Below are positions 47,548 through 58,133 of a DNA stretch of 64,000 bases, piece after piece (the stretch's first letter is position 1; the number at the start of each line of letters is the position of its first letter). Origin of the DNA: a virus; IMG/VR virus record IMGVR_UViG_3300021964_000016, one strand, 5' to 3'. Under the pieces are notes generated by a model that was not told where the DNA came from, made no database searches, and saw nothing but the letters and a program-made list of their open reading frames with translations. The translations under genes were made by a program, and so were the position numbers.

Positions 47548-47984
47548 ACTCCTGCCTCGAATTGTTTCCATTTGATCATATTACCGATTGTTTGGTGCCT
47601 CCACTTCAACGTGTCGATAATTTCCTTTAACGTATCTACCATTGTTTTATAGTAGGTTATCTTTGCTTCGCTTTCTTGTATCTCTGGATCGCTATTATAA
47701 TAGTGATCGAGATCGCCTTTCATTATCTTCAACCCGTTAAATGGATCTGGTTCCCAACCTAACTCGTTGACTTCCTCTTGGCAGAGTTTACCGTTGTACC
47801 AAAGGAATTTATTTTTTAGGAGGATTTGTTGTTTGTCCTCTGCTCTCTTTAAAAGCAGTTTTGCTTGTACCAAGTATCCAAGGTATTTAGCATGCAGTTT
47901 TGGGGTCTCTCTGGAACTATCATCTAGTCTATGACCAATCTCACAATCTTGCGACCACTGCGCAAGAATATCATCTAAATTCAT
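47544..47984 (-). CDS. uvsY: recombination mediator UvsY
   Basis: PKLHAKYL, WYNGK and I.NMI.W..F.AG; synteny. Confidence 0.88.
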   Translation of the reverse strand: MNLDDILAQWSQDCEIGHRLDDSSRETPKLHAKYLGYLVQAKLLLKRAEDKQQILLKNKFLWYNGKLCQEEVNELGWEPDPFNGLKIMKGDLDHYYNSDPEIQESEAKITYYKTMVDTLKEIIDTLKWRHQTIGNMIKWKQFEAGV

Positions 47985-47987
47985 ATA

Positions 47988-48500
47988 TTACTCTATTTCA
48001 AAATAAGAAAACCTAAAAGAAACGGGGAAGATTACATATTCAACCGATTGGTTTTGTGCCTCAAACCTTATATCGCCTACAGCAACAGGGATACAATCAA
48101 CATACTTGAATTTTTTATTATTGTTGTTGTGACTAGTCAAGGCAGTAACAATGATGTCTGCATATGTTGGTTGGTCGGAAGTGCTTCCTCCAAAATTATC
48201 CCTTTTCTGTATTTGTTCGTTATTGACCAAACGCAACAACCAGTTATAGATTTCAGTATAGGAGTTTAAATCCTCGTCCAACAAAACATCCATAGTCAAC
48301 TCTCCATATTCTACCTGACCTCCAGGCATTGGAATACTTTGAATTTTCTTGAAAGCAGTTTCAATCGCTGGGTTGGACACACCAGGGTGGTTTACAGATT
48401 GAACGAAGAACTGTAGATTGCCATAGTTCTTTCTATCAATTATAACTTGGAATCCAGTAGGTTGAAAAAGGTTTATGTTGCTCGTTAGATTGCTGCTCAT
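47988..48500 (-). CDS. 3: tail completion/tube terminator (gp3)
   Basis: PTGF, LDEDL..Y.EIYNW and F.F.Y; follows gp23. Confidence 0.8.
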   Translation of the reverse strand: MSSNLTSNINLFQPTGFQVIIDRKNYGNLQFFVQSVNHPGVSNPAIETAFKKIQSIPMPGGQVEYGELTMDVLLDEDLNSYTEIYNWLLRLVNNEQIQKRDNFGGSTSDQPTYADIIVTALTSHNNNNKKFKYVDCIPVAVGDIRFEAQNQSVEYVIFPVSFRFSYFEIE

Positions 48501-48558
48501 TATAGTTTCCCGTGTAAGGTCTATATTATACTCTATTTAGTCTCAAAAGACAATAGGC

Positions 48559-48584
48559 AAAAAAAAGGAGGTCCGAAGACCTCC
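48559..48584 (-). terminator. intrinsic terminator after the major capsid gene
   Basis: GGAGGTC-TTCG-GACCTCC followed by T8. Confidence 0.9.
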
Positions 48585-48628
48585 AAAAACCCATTTGTTC
48601 TTATGTGTTTTTTGGGTATTACCTAATC

Positions 48629-49984
48629 TTATGCAGAAACCATCAGGTTGTCTACACGGAAGATGCGGTAGTACTGGTTGCTCTTAGCAGCAGCAAGACC
48701 ATCAGAAGGAGTAGAACCTACGAATGGGTTAGACGCCATGCCATAACGAGTCTTGAACCCGATACGTGGCTGGAAGTCATTCTCGCCTACAGCGCGAACC
48801 ATTTGCAGTGGTACATATGGGCAGTAGAATACACCTGCGTCATATGGGTTAGTGCCCTTGTAACCAACAGTTACATAGTCAGCAACCGCATATGGGTCGA
48901 TGTAGACGCGCATACGTCCGTTCAGTACACCAGCAAAAGTGTTACCAGTGTCGTCAACCTGCAAGTTAGTGCTCAGAGCAGGAGCGTAGTCAAGCATACC
49001 TGAAGCAACAAGAGCAGTAGCAACGTCAGAAGAGACGATTGCAACGTTACCCTTACCGCGACGAGTTTCTTTAGCAATGGTGTTCGCTTCGCGATCGAGT
49101 TGAACAAGGAGACCCTTGAACTTCTCAACAGACCAACGACCATCAGCGTCCGTAGACAGGTCAAAGATACCGTTTACAGCAGTGTTAGCAGTGCTAGCAC
49201 CAGTCTTTGCTTGGCTGTTGATAGTACGGATTACTTCACGGTTGATTTCCGCGAGGATTTCCGTAGACAGAATGTTCGCCAACTCAGACTCAGCGTCAAG
49301 ACCATGAATTGCTTTCAAGTCTTGAGCGAGTTCGATGGTGTATTCTGCCTTCAGCGCACGGCTCTTAGCAGTTACAGTTGACTTCTCGATGGTGAAACCC
49401 ATTTCAGCGAAGTCAGTGTGAGTTCCGTCACCCAGTGCTTCTGCTTGAGCAGTAGTCATGCCACCGCCAAGAGTAGGACCAGAACGGTCGTCATTGATAG
49501 TGCTGTCGCCGTTTGAGTCAGTTACACCAGACAGACCAGATGGACCGCCAGACTGAGTTACAGAAGAGTCGCCAGAGAATGGCACAACTGCTTCGTTGAA
49601 CAGTGCTTCATCGCCAGAAGTAGCACCACCACGAGTGGTCTTGTAACGAGACTTCATCGCGAAGATGAGACCAGTAGGACCAGACATTGGCTGAACACCA
49701 CATACGTCGTATGCCATCAGGTTAGGCATTGCGCGACGGACGAGAGAGATCAGTACTGGATCCCAGTTTGCTTGACCTGGACCACCAGTTACAGCGGAAT
49801 TGGTGTTGGTTGGAGTTTCAGTAAGGAAAGCAGACTGTGCGCCTTCAGCGATCATTGCCTTCTCTTGGTTCTCCAAAACAGCAGCAGTAACATTGCGGCG
49901 GTGACGATCAGAAATCGTACCTGCTGTTTCTTCGTTGAGTACTGGTGACCACTTGGCAACCAGAGATTCGTAGTTAAGTTCCAT
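48629..49984 (-). CDS. 23: major capsid protein (gp23)
   Basis: GVQPMSGPTGLIFA, SRALKAEY, YCPYVPL and GFKTRYG. Confidence 0.98.
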   Translation of the reverse strand: MELNYESLVAKWSPVLNEETAGTISDRHRRNVTAAVLENQEKAMIAEGAQSAFLTETPTNTNSAVTGGPGQANWDPVLISLVRRAMPNLMAYDVCGVQPMSGPTGLIFAMKSRYKTTRGGATSGDEALFNEAVVPFSGDSSVTQSGGPSGLSGVTDSNGDSTINDDRSGPTLGGGMTTAQAEALGDGTHTDFAEMGFTIEKSTVTAKSRALKAEYTIELAQDLKAIHGLDAESELANILSTEILAEINREVIRTINSQAKTGASTANTAVNGIFDLSTDADGRWSVEKFKGLLVQLDREANTIAKETRRGKGNVAIVSSDVATALVASGMLDYAPALSTNLQVDDTGNTFAGVLNGRMRVYIDPYAVADYVTVGYKGTNPYDAGVFYCPYVPLQMVRAVGENDFQPRIGFKTRYGMASNPFVGSTPSDGLAAAKSNQYYRIFRVDNLMVSA

Positions 49985-50008
49985 TGTTATTCTCCTAGAG
50001 TAAATGGA

Positions 50009-51061
50009 TTATTTAAGAGTAGTTTTACGAATAGCATTAAGATATCGTTCCATAGAAGGTGCTACTTCAGCGTCTGCTTCTGGAGCAGTCTCTTCAGCAA
50101 TCACTTCTTCTTCAGCAACGTTGGTTTGCTTAGCAAAGAAAGATTCCTTGACAGTGGCAACTTTAGATGCAAACGTTTCCGCATCTTCGAAGTCAACACC
50201 TTCAACGAGTTTCTTAAACTTTTCTGCTTGAGTTTCAGCAAGATCAGAAACTGCTTCTGAGACAATCGCCTCACGAGTCAGTTCTTCAACCTGCTCGCTC
50301 AGAGCAATTGCGTCAGCAGTAGTCTTGTTAAGTGCCTCTTCGAGTTCCTCAACTTGATCTGCTAGATCGTCAACGAGGTCAACCTTAGAATCTGGTACTT
50401 CGATGTAAGATTCTGCAAAAAGAACCTTGAGGTTCTCCATGAAGTTCTCAGCAATCTCAGCACGCAGACCATTCTGGACAGCGACTTTGTTGTCTTCCAT
50501 CCACTGCTCAACCACGTAGTTTAGGTAGGAATCAACCTTCTCGACCAACTCGCTCTTCTGCGCAGCAGTTTCTTCAGCAAGTTTTTCTTCGTAGGATGAC
50601 TCAATTCGCTCGACTTCTTCAGCGAGCTTCGACTTCAATGCTGCTTCAAAGATGATAGCAGTTTTTTGCTTGAACTCTTCGGAAAGAGTTGCTTCAGACT
50701 CGACCAACGCGTCCAGATCTTCTGAGTAAGAAGAAACGTCTGCTTCAGCAACCATATCTTCTTCTTCGATCTCGACTTCCTCGCCCATCATATTACCGTA
50801 TGCTGATTGAAGGTCAACCTTCTTCATAGCATTCAGTTTTCCATACATGGCGTTGATCATACCTGCCTTAGTCTTTGGCATTGGGTCTTTTTTGGTGTTA
50901 TGCTTGGCATCGCCTTGAGACGGTAATGGTGCTTGACCAGTGCCATCTGCTGCTTTATCCACAGACGCAACAGATTGCGCCTCAGCATTTTTCATATCAT
51001 GCCCCTTTGCTTCCGCAACTTCCGTCTCATCGCGGAGTTCTACATTTTGCTCTTGATCCAT
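50009..51061 (-). CDS. 22: prohead scaffold protein (gp22)
   Basis: acidic coiled coil with VDSYLNYVVEQW; synteny. Confidence 0.9.
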   Translation of the reverse strand: MDQEQNVELRDETEVAEAKGHDMKNAEAQSVASVDKAADGTGQAPLPSQGDAKHNTKKDPMPKTKAGMINAMYGKLNAMKKVDLQSAYGNMMGEEVEIEEEDMVAEADVSSYSEDLDALVESEATLSEEFKQKTAIIFEAALKSKLAEEVERIESSYEEKLAEETAAQKSELVEKVDSYLNYVVEQWMEDNKVAVQNGLRAEIAENFMENLKVLFAESYIEVPDSKVDLVDDLADQVEELEEALNKTTADAIALSEQVEELTREAIVSEAVSDLAETQAEKFKKLVEGVDFEDAETFASKVATVKESFFAKQTNVAEEEVIAEETAPEADAEVAPSMERYLNAIRKTTLK

Positions 51062-51074
51062 AATGGACTCCTTG

Positions 51075-51743
51075 TCAAAAGTTTTCTTTTAAAGATGAGA
51101 GGAAATTTTTGTACTCACGGATCTGTTCTGTAGATAAAAATCTAACAGGTCCAGAAGGAGCAACGATTTCAGTCTCTTTATCTTCACATATTTCTTGAGC
51201 GACAAGCACGCCATTGTTCCAAATCCAATCTACACCTTCCATGATACCATTAACAAAAGCATTCGGTGCTGATGGATCTTGCACGATGTCAACCGTGCTG
51301 AGAACAAAGTCGTCTTTGACATACGTGGCATTATCACGCTGCTCAAGACTACCCATTCCACGAGTTGAGACACCAAGATTGACACCGCCCTCAAGCAAAC
51401 CTTGAACGATTTTACCCATAGGAGTGTCTAGTATTGATGCCTTTCCTACCACATCATTGCCTTCGAAACGAAGATCAGTGATGAGGTGAGAAACTTTGTC
51501 GAGGTTTACGGTTGGACCGTCAGGGTGATTCAATTCACCAACTGCTCGACTTTTAGATACTTGTTCATCAACATACTTCTCAACTGCCCTTTCCATAATT
51601 GCCTTTGGATAAATCCGACCATTACGGTTCTTTGTTTCTGCCTGGGCAAAAACACCTTCAATGACATACTTCTTACCACCGTCTTTTTTCTCTTCAACGA
51701 GGCATTGCAAAGAATTCTCGTTGTATTCAGCAATAAGTTTCAT
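51075..51743 (-). CDS. 21: prohead protease (gp21)
   Basis: NRNGRIY, GELNHP, GVSTRGMGS and DPSAP. Confidence 0.95.
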   Translation of the reverse strand: MKLIAEYNENSLQCLVEEKKDGGKKYVIEGVFAQAETKNRNGRIYPKAIMERAVEKYVDEQVSKSRAVGELNHPDGPTVNLDKVSHLITDLRFEGNDVVGKASILDTPMGKIVQGLLEGGVNLGVSTRGMGSLEQRDNATYVKDDFVLSTVDIVQDPSAPNAFVNGIMEGVDWIWNNGVLVAQEICEDKETEIVAPSGPVRFLSTEQIREYKNFLSSLKENF

Positions 51744-51940
51744 GTCAGTTCCTTGATAGCAGTTTCGATAGATTTGACAGCATCTTTTTCAGATCTGAAG
51801 TTGTCTAGCAAATCTCCGTCGACATAAGCAGAATACCCCTTCCTAGTCTTATAAACTTGGGTGGTAATACGCTTATGCTTCTTGTTGTATACAAGATCGC
51901 CTTTAACTTTACTATTTCTTACTTCAGAAAAAGTTTTCAT
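51740..51940 (-). CDS. small basic protein in the prohead-core (gp68) position
   Basis: directly upstream of gp21, downstream of a late promoter. Confidence 0.55.
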   Translation of the reverse strand: MKTFSEVRNSKVKGDLVYNKKHKRITTQVYKTRKGYSAYVDGDLLDNFRSEKDAVKSIETAIKELT

Positions 51941-51946
51941 AGAGTA

Positions 51947-51954
51947 TATTTATA
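51947..51954 (-). promoter_or_regulatory. T4-type late promoter
   Basis: TATAAATA. Confidence 0.75.
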
Positions 51955-51960
51955 CTAATA

Positions 51961-52431
51961 TTACTCTTCAGTTACTTCTGTTTCTGAATTATTTTCATCT
52001 TCTTGAGAAAGAATTTCTTCTACATCTGCCTCTGCTTGTTCGTCAGAGTACAGACCGAGGTCATCTTCTGTTTCTTGGTGTTCTTCTTCAGCACCAATAT
52101 CAGCGACTGGTTCTTCAACCTCTACTTCAGCGACTGGTTCTTCAACTTCAGGAGCATCTTCAGATTCTATTTCAGAAACAGCGTCTTCGATTTCTTCATC
52201 GGAAATCTCTTGTTCTTCTTCGCCGTTAAAGATCTGCCCTGCAAGTCTGACCTTCTCTGCTTCCAGGGCATCATTAACTCTAGATGCCATTAAGTCGCTA
52301 AAAATTTTAGAAGCATCTAATGCTTTCTCTGCTGAGATTGCATTTAGTAGGTCTTCAGATGAAACCTCGGGAGTTTCTACTTCTTCAGATTCGTTTTCTT
52401 GTTCTAACACTTCACTCATTTCATTCTCCAT
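51961..52431 (-). CDS. prohead core protein (gp67-like)
   Basis: highly acidic; follows the portal gene. Confidence 0.65.
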   Translation of the reverse strand: MENEMSEVLEQENESEEVETPEVSSEDLLNAISAEKALDASKIFSDLMASRVNDALEAEKVRLAGQIFNGEEEQEISDEEIEDAVSEIESEDAPEVEEPVAEVEVEEPVADIGAEEEHQETEDDLGLYSDEQAEADVEEILSQEDENNSETEVTEE

Positions 52432-52435
52432 TTAA

Positions 52436-54004
52436 TCATGAGGGTTGTTCTTCGCCACCTTCGTCTGGCACTATTTCGCCATCTTGTACTTCGGTGTCGA
52501 TTTGCTTCATCATTTCTTCTGCTTCTTCTTCAGTGAAACGGAAGATATTCTTCATTACCCATTGTTTAGATAGGTATTCTCCAACATATTGAGATGCTTG
52601 GTCCATAGTTTGTAGACGTTGCGCCATTACTTCTGCATCTTTTAGTTCGGTGTAATGATTGTCTTTGTAAAAATCTACAGAGATTCTATTATGGAACAAC
52701 TCAATCCAATCGCTGTCAGTTATTATTCCCTTCAGCACCAACTGTTGTCGAAGGATTTGCGTGAACAGTTTAGAGAACCGAGAACGCAAACGGGTGACAA
52801 ATTTCTGGAACTTAATTTCCTCACGATTGATTTCAGTAGCACGACCGAGGGAGTACGCCTGTTCTTGTTCAAGACGTGATACTGGTACATTGAGTGCTTG
52901 ATAGACCTTTCTCTGGAAATAACGAACGTCATCAATCTCGCCAAGGTTCTGTCCACCTGGAAGGGTGGTCACTTCAGTACCACGACCACCTTCACGACGA
53001 GGCAACCAGAAGTCGTCGAGCATAGACATATGCTTACGAGAGTCCTTCAGTTCTCCAGTTGCTTGATCGTAAACAAGTTTGTTACGGTAACGAGTCATCA
53101 AGGAGTTTAGATATTCTTCTGCTTTACCCTTTGGCAAGTTACCAGTGTCAACGTAAAAGATACGACGCTCGGGGGCACGTGCTAGACGGTAGATAATCAG
53201 AGAGTCCTCCATCATACGCAACTGGTTAATTGGACGCAGTGCTTTGTGGAGGTGAGAAACTACCTTTGCTTTGGTTTCATCTAGCAGACCAGAAGTAACA
53301 TAAACAACAGAATCGTTGCTCAAACGCACAGCACTATTCTTTGGGTCTATATTATGAGAGGTCGCTCCTTTCTTATCAGAAACACTTTTTTCTGAATAAA
53401 TGTAAAACTCTTCAACTTTGTCAACCAGAGAAACGCCAGTTGCTGGATCAGTTTTCTTCTTTACATTTTTAACTTTGCGAATTTTGGTTGAGTCGACGTA
53501 ACGGATTTCTTGAATACCTTGCTTCAAATTATTCTTGTCAACAACCAAGTGATGGTACAGTCGACCGTCGACGTACCAAGATTTAAATATGTCATGAGCA
53601 CGTTCGTTAAACGTGAGCATATTCAAAACATTTTGAAATTCTTCATGAACCTTATTCTTGATCCCCTTTGACAACTCTACAGCATCGAGGTTCAATTCTA
53701 CGATATTCTCATCGTCTTGAGGGTTTACTATTGCTTCGTTGACGATTTCTTCAATCGCCATATCTACTTCGGCATGAGTAGCAGCGGTGCGGTACTTACG
53801 AATCAAATCTGCTTGATCTTTTACTTGAAGGTCAGCATAAATGTCCATATGTGTACCAAAGTGGTACGAAGGAGAAGTCACATAACTTGCACCATCATCA
53901 TCAGTAGGAGCAACTACTGAGGCAACAGGAATTGGTGTTACTGCCTCTTCGTCTTTCTTTGCTCGCTTTATCTCAAAACCAAAAAGTTTAATGCCTTCTG
54001 CCAT
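52436..54004 (-). CDS. 20: portal protein (gp20)
   Basis: WYVDGR, IYRLARAPERRIFY and DDFWLPRREGGRGTE. Confidence 0.97.
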   Translation of the reverse strand: MAEGIKLFGFEIKRAKKDEEAVTPIPVASVVAPTDDDGASYVTSPSYHFGTHMDIYADLQVKDQADLIRKYRTAATHAEVDMAIEEIVNEAIVNPQDDENIVELNLDAVELSKGIKNKVHEEFQNVLNMLTFNERAHDIFKSWYVDGRLYHHLVVDKNNLKQGIQEIRYVDSTKIRKVKNVKKKTDPATGVSLVDKVEEFYIYSEKSVSDKKGATSHNIDPKNSAVRLSNDSVVYVTSGLLDETKAKVVSHLHKALRPINQLRMMEDSLIIYRLARAPERRIFYVDTGNLPKGKAEEYLNSLMTRYRNKLVYDQATGELKDSRKHMSMLDDFWLPRREGGRGTEVTTLPGGQNLGEIDDVRYFQRKVYQALNVPVSRLEQEQAYSLGRATEINREEIKFQKFVTRLRSRFSKLFTQILRQQLVLKGIITDSDWIELFHNRISVDFYKDNHYTELKDAEVMAQRLQTMDQASQYVGEYLSKQWVMKNIFRFTEEEAEEMMKQIDTEVQDGEIVPDEGGEEQPS

Positions 54005-54026
54005 TATTCGGTCCTTTATTTACAGG

Positions 54027-54054
54027 AAAAGGAGGGGAGCAGAACTCCCCTCCT
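54027..54054 (-). terminator. intrinsic terminator after the tail tube gene
   Basis: AGGAGGGGAG-TTCTG-CTCCCCTCCT followed by TTT. Confidence 0.75.
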
Positions 54055-54081
54055 GTTACTACTTATACGACAATTTCAACC

Positions 54082-54621
54082 TTAGTTGGTGTTGTCGTTT
54101 GTCCAGTAGTCGTACTCGATAGTTACAGTGAACTGCTCGATTTCCCCTACCTGAGAGTAGTCGAGATCGATCGCTGAAACGTTTGATGGGAAACAGTTTT
54201 TCAAGTAGTAAGTCTTGATACCGAAACCCGTCTGATCGAGTTGAATGACTTCCATATTAGTAGCATAGGATCCAAAACCAGCGTTGTTGGATTGAATACC
54301 TTGGTTGCCTTCATGAGAATTAATCCCGTCCATCCATGATTCGAAGGCATCTCGAATACTAAAATTGGTGTCATTATAGACAGTAATTGTCCATGGTTCA
54401 AAGGTGCGATCACCTGCTAACTTAACGATACGTCCACGGAATGGGACCTCGACAGTAGCAACAGTGGACGCTGGAAGTTGTGCAGCACGGCACATGAAGT
54501 TGGTCAATTCTTTGTTACCACCAGCATAACCTGGGAAGTTAACATTGACCTCGAACATATTGGCACGTGCACCGCCACCAGTAAGTTTACCTTTGAAGTC
54601 ATCTACGCGCAAAATTGCCAT
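54082..54621 (-). CDS. 19: tail tube protein (gp19)
   Basis: GGARAN.F, LAGDRTFEPWT and F.VT..YDYW. Confidence 0.95.
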   Translation of the reverse strand: MAILRVDDFKGKLTGGGARANMFEVNVNFPGYAGGNKELTNFMCRAAQLPASTVATVEVPFRGRIVKLAGDRTFEPWTITVYNDTNFSIRDAFESWMDGINSHEGNQGIQSNNAGFGSYATNMEVIQLDQTGFGIKTYYLKNCFPSNVSAIDLDYSQVGEIEQFTVTIEYDYWTNDNTN

Positions 54622-54647
54622 TTTTCTTTCTCCTTAGATGTCTTCGA

Positions 54648-56423
54648 TTATACCGTACCAACCACTTCTTCAAAATCAAGTCCGCCACGAACAGCGACGA
54701 AGTTGAGAGTGATGAAGTTGATAGAGTAGGCAGGTTTGATGAATACTGAAGCGACCAGTTCGTTTCGAGCAATTACTTCTGGAGTATTGTTTCTCTCGTC
54801 ACATTGAACAAAGAATGCGTCAATACCGCGTCGAGCTTGAATCTCTCGCAAAAGAGGTTCAACGATGGCAACAAACTCTGAGCGAGTAAATTCATCGTTA
54901 AACTCGAACATAAAGTTACGAGCAGCGATAGCGATTGATTTCTCGATCGCGAGGAACAAACGTCGCACGTTAATCCTATCAAAGGCAGATGGACGAGATT
55001 GCTTAGTCTTGTCGCCGAACAACAAGATTCCTCGACCTGCGAACTGTACGATTGGGTTTACACCCGCTTTGTACAGAGAATCGCGGTTTGCTTTTGTAGG
55101 AGAATATGCGAGATTGGTTACTCCCTGATATAGTCCTCTTCGCTCACCAGCAGGTGAGTACCATGGTCCAAAGTTTGCGTCAGTAGCAGCCAATAGACCA
55201 GCAGTAGTAGAAGCAGCAGGGATGTAAATATAATTATCATTATACTTATCGTAAACTCGAAGATAGTTATTATCTACAATCAAGTAGTTAGAACCAGTGA
55301 ACCTATCTGTTGTAGCAAGAGTATCGGTTACTGGGGTGATGTTATTAACAACTGCTGCGCGGTTTGGAGAAGTTACGACAACACAATCCTTACGGGTTGT
55401 TTGTGCAATTCCAACAAGGTCGTTTACAATAGTTACTTGATCATCAGCAGTAGACAATCCAGGGGAGACCAAGATTTGTACATCAATCTCGTCCTTGTCT
55501 TCGAAGTTATCGAAACCCAGTAGGTAATCTCCAACAAGAAGAGTTCCAGGGTCAGAACCACCACCAAGAGCAGCACTAGCAGAATCTTCAGACCAAGAAG
55601 AGTTGTCAGCATAGTTGGTGCTTGATCCACTAGGTGCGTTGCCCCAGTTATCCCCTTTGGCGAAGTAGGTTTTATCTGAGTCGAAATCGCCGAACCACAA
55701 GTATCTAGAACCGTTGTTGATAACAGTCTTGATGTAGTTATCGCCACCATCTTCGGTCTTTGCACCAAGTGCAAGGGAAACATACGGGAAAACTTCCAAT
55801 ACGGTTCCTTTCGTTCCGGAGATGAGTCCGTCTGAGTCGATTACAGCAATATGGATTTCGTCATTAGTTACGGTTCCAGGTTGCTTGGTTGCCCAGTCAG
55901 AAGTTCCTGGGATCCCATCAAATTGGCCGGCATACGTCCAATTTTCCCAATAAGTTGCAGTATTAGAAGAACCTGCAGATTCACCGCCCTCAATAAAGAA
56001 GGCAGAAACTTTCAGAGAATTTCCAAGATCTCCTGGATATTTTGCTATCCACATATCCGCTGTTGGGGCAGTTCTATCAAAATGATCCTCGTTCTCAATG
56101 AGAATACCATTGGTTGTGGAGTTAGCATTTGAAGCTGAATCTGATCCAGATGCGCGAGTTATTTGTCGGTTTACGATAAGGTTTCCAGAATAACGTAGAT
56201 ACTGAGCAGCAGAGAAGTAGTCAACTGCACGAGACGTATCTGGGGTACCAAATACTTCTGCGAGTTGTGCTTCGTTCTCAATGCGAGTAGGAACGTCTAC
56301 TGGACCCCACTTAAATGACCCAACCATACCACTAAGTGAAGTCTCGACATTAGGTGCAACACCAGTAAGGTCGATTTCCTTCACAACAATAGCAGGTGAG
56401 ACTGAAGGTGTAGTCAGTGCCAT
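54648..56423 (-). CDS. 18: contractile tail sheath protein (gp18)
   Basis: FKWGP, WYSPAG..RG, FDRINVRRLF and FEFNDEFTR. Confidence 0.96.
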   Translation of the reverse strand: MALTTPSVSPAIVVKEIDLTGVAPNVETSLSGMVGSFKWGPVDVPTRIENEAQLAEVFGTPDTSRAVDYFSAAQYLRYSGNLIVNRQITRASGSDSASNANSTTNGILIENEDHFDRTAPTADMWIAKYPGDLGNSLKVSAFFIEGGESAGSSNTATYWENWTYAGQFDGIPGTSDWATKQPGTVTNDEIHIAVIDSDGLISGTKGTVLEVFPYVSLALGAKTEDGGDNYIKTVINNGSRYLWFGDFDSDKTYFAKGDNWGNAPSGSSTNYADNSSWSEDSASAALGGGSDPGTLLVGDYLLGFDNFEDKDEIDVQILVSPGLSTADDQVTIVNDLVGIAQTTRKDCVVVTSPNRAAVVNNITPVTDTLATTDRFTGSNYLIVDNNYLRVYDKYNDNYIYIPAASTTAGLLAATDANFGPWYSPAGERRGLYQGVTNLAYSPTKANRDSLYKAGVNPIVQFAGRGILLFGDKTKQSRPSAFDRINVRRLFLAIEKSIAIAARNFMFEFNDEFTRSEFVAIVEPLLREIQARRGIDAFFVQCDERNNTPEVIARNELVASVFIKPAYSINFITLNFVAVRGGLDFEEVVGTV

Positions 56424-56495
56424 GTTTGTTTCCTCTTTCGATCGAAAAATTATATGCTAGCATTATAAGGTCGACGCTTAGGCGTTCAATGTATT

Positions 56496-56503
56496 TATTT
56501 ATA
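56496..56503 (-). promoter_or_regulatory. T4-type late promoter
   Basis: TATAAATA upstream of gp18. Confidence 0.75.
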
Positions 56504-56519
56504 ATAATCCGGATCTACG

Positions 56520-58133
56520 CTAAATTTCCATCAAACTCCAAGGATTTAGTTTCTCTTCGTATGTTATTTCTTCTTCAGGTTGTGATTTAAACCCGAAAGG
56601 AGGAACATCTTCTTCGATCTCTTTCATCCTCTGATCAAACATCATTTTGCGGACGTCTATGTCTGTCATTTCAGCAAAGAATGTGGTTTGAACGAAAAAC
56701 CCAAACATAACTAAATTCATAACCAAATCATCATGATTTCCGTCTGATGCTTCATAAGAAGCACCCTTTGCTTCAAAAGTGCTTATCTCAAGAATGGTGT
56801 TTTCATCAACCACCTCAAGTTTGTTTTCTTCCATCAAATCTTTAAATCCAGAGCAACCTATTCTTTTGGTTCTTCTGGTCATCTCAACACCGATACCGCT
56901 GGACTTAACAGTAGAAGACATATGCACGTTTTCGTATTCTAATTCGTGGTATAATCCGTTACAAACAACAGCACCAGCATCGTTTGATTCAATCACAACG
57001 TATGCTTCGTTGAAACTTTTTGCCCACTTGTAAATTATATTCGGATATAGAAGGGGAGATATCAAATTGTTTCGATAAGTTGCCACCTGTTTGAAGGGAC
57101 GACTGCTTATATCAATGACAGTAAATGTACTGTAATCCTGCCCTCGACCCTTACTCACGTCAACGCACATAACATATTGAGAACCCTTTCTTGGTTCGTC
57201 ATATATTAAAAGGTCTCCACCCTCTAATATTCTTTTTGGTCTCGCCGCCTTTAGGTTTAATAGGCATTCAGCGTTTACGAGAGTGTTCCCTGTTCCGAAG
57301 AAGGTGTTGCCAAATTCCTGATCAAACTGTATCTGTGAGGTGTTGTTTATTGTTTCTTCTTTCCATGCCTCGTCTCTTCCAGGAACGTCCCACCAATCAA
57401 CACGGAAAGGTTTATATTCATTTACACCCTGCACAGCACCTTCCCATATTTTATGAAAAGGATTGCCAATACCATTTGCAGTAGAAGTAATAATTACTTT
57501 TGTCTCTTTTCCAGAGGTAACTACAGGATAAGTTGAAGTGTAGAACTCTGCTGCTCTTTCTACAAAAGCAAATTCGTCAAGAAATAGCAAGTTTACAGAC
57601 TGACCACGAATAGATGATCCCGAAGTAGCAGCAGCGAATATTTTTGAGTTGTTACTAAATTCTATGCTGCCTTTATTGAGAACTTTGCATCCAGGTTGAA
57701 GATAAAATGGCAAGTTCTCGAGCATAAGAGTTACACGAGACAACATTTCGCGAGCAGTAGCACCTTTGTTGGCAAGTACTGCTACATTTTTTTCTGGATG
57801 AAAGATAGCATACCAAAGAAGATATGCTACTGAAGAGATAGACTTACCAGACTGTCGGCATGCTAGTACGACCGAAAACCTGTTAGAATTGAAGTGAGTA
57901 AACATCTCATCTTGATATGGATATAACTCAAAGGGGACTAGTCCGTCGTTCAGGTTTATGATTTTTATATGAGTTCTAGCGAAATAAGCAGGATCCGCCA
58001 TACACTTGGCATATTCTGCTACCTTTTCTTGGGTCCATTCCTCTTCTACCCCATCTCTTTTTACATGAGGGTTGCCAAGATAATGGGTGTCCGACCTAAA
58101 TTTAGTCGTGTCCTGAATCTTCAATTCTGTCAT
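56520..58133 (-). CDS. 17: terminase large subunit (gp17)
   Basis: RQSGKS, LDEFAF, STANG, DVSKGRGQDYS and HDDLVM. Confidence 0.97.
   Translation of the reverse strand: MTELKIQDTTKFRSDTHYLGNPHVKRDGVEEEWTQEKVAEYAKCMADPAYFARTHIKIINLNDGLVPFELYPYQDEMFTHFNSNRFSVVLACRQSGKSISSVAYLLWYAIFHPEKNVAVLANKGATAREMLSRVTLMLENLPFYLQPGCKVLNKGSIEFSNNSKIFAAATSGSSIRGQSVNLLFLDEFAFVERAAEFYTSTYPVVTSGKETKVIITSTANGIGNPFHKIWEGAVQGVNEYKPFRVDWWDVPGRDEAWKEETINNTSQIQFDQEFGNTFFGTGNTLVNAECLLNLKAARPKRILEGGDLLIYDEPRKGSQYVMCVDVSKGRGQDYSTFTVIDISSRPFKQVATYRNNLISPLLYPNIIYKWAKSFNEAYVVIESNDAGAVVCNGLYHELEYENVHMSSTVKSSGIGVEMTRRTKRIGCSGFKDLMEENKLEVVDENTILEISTFEAKGASYEASDGNHDDLVMNLVMFGFFVQTTFFAEMTDIDVRKMMFDQRMKEIEEDVPPFGFKSQPEEEITYEEKLNPWSLMEI

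Noticed and set aside
14569-58133. Introns or inteins in gp43, gp46, uvsW, gp20 and gp17
   Set aside because: All are continuous and of normal length, with no splicing motifs seen.
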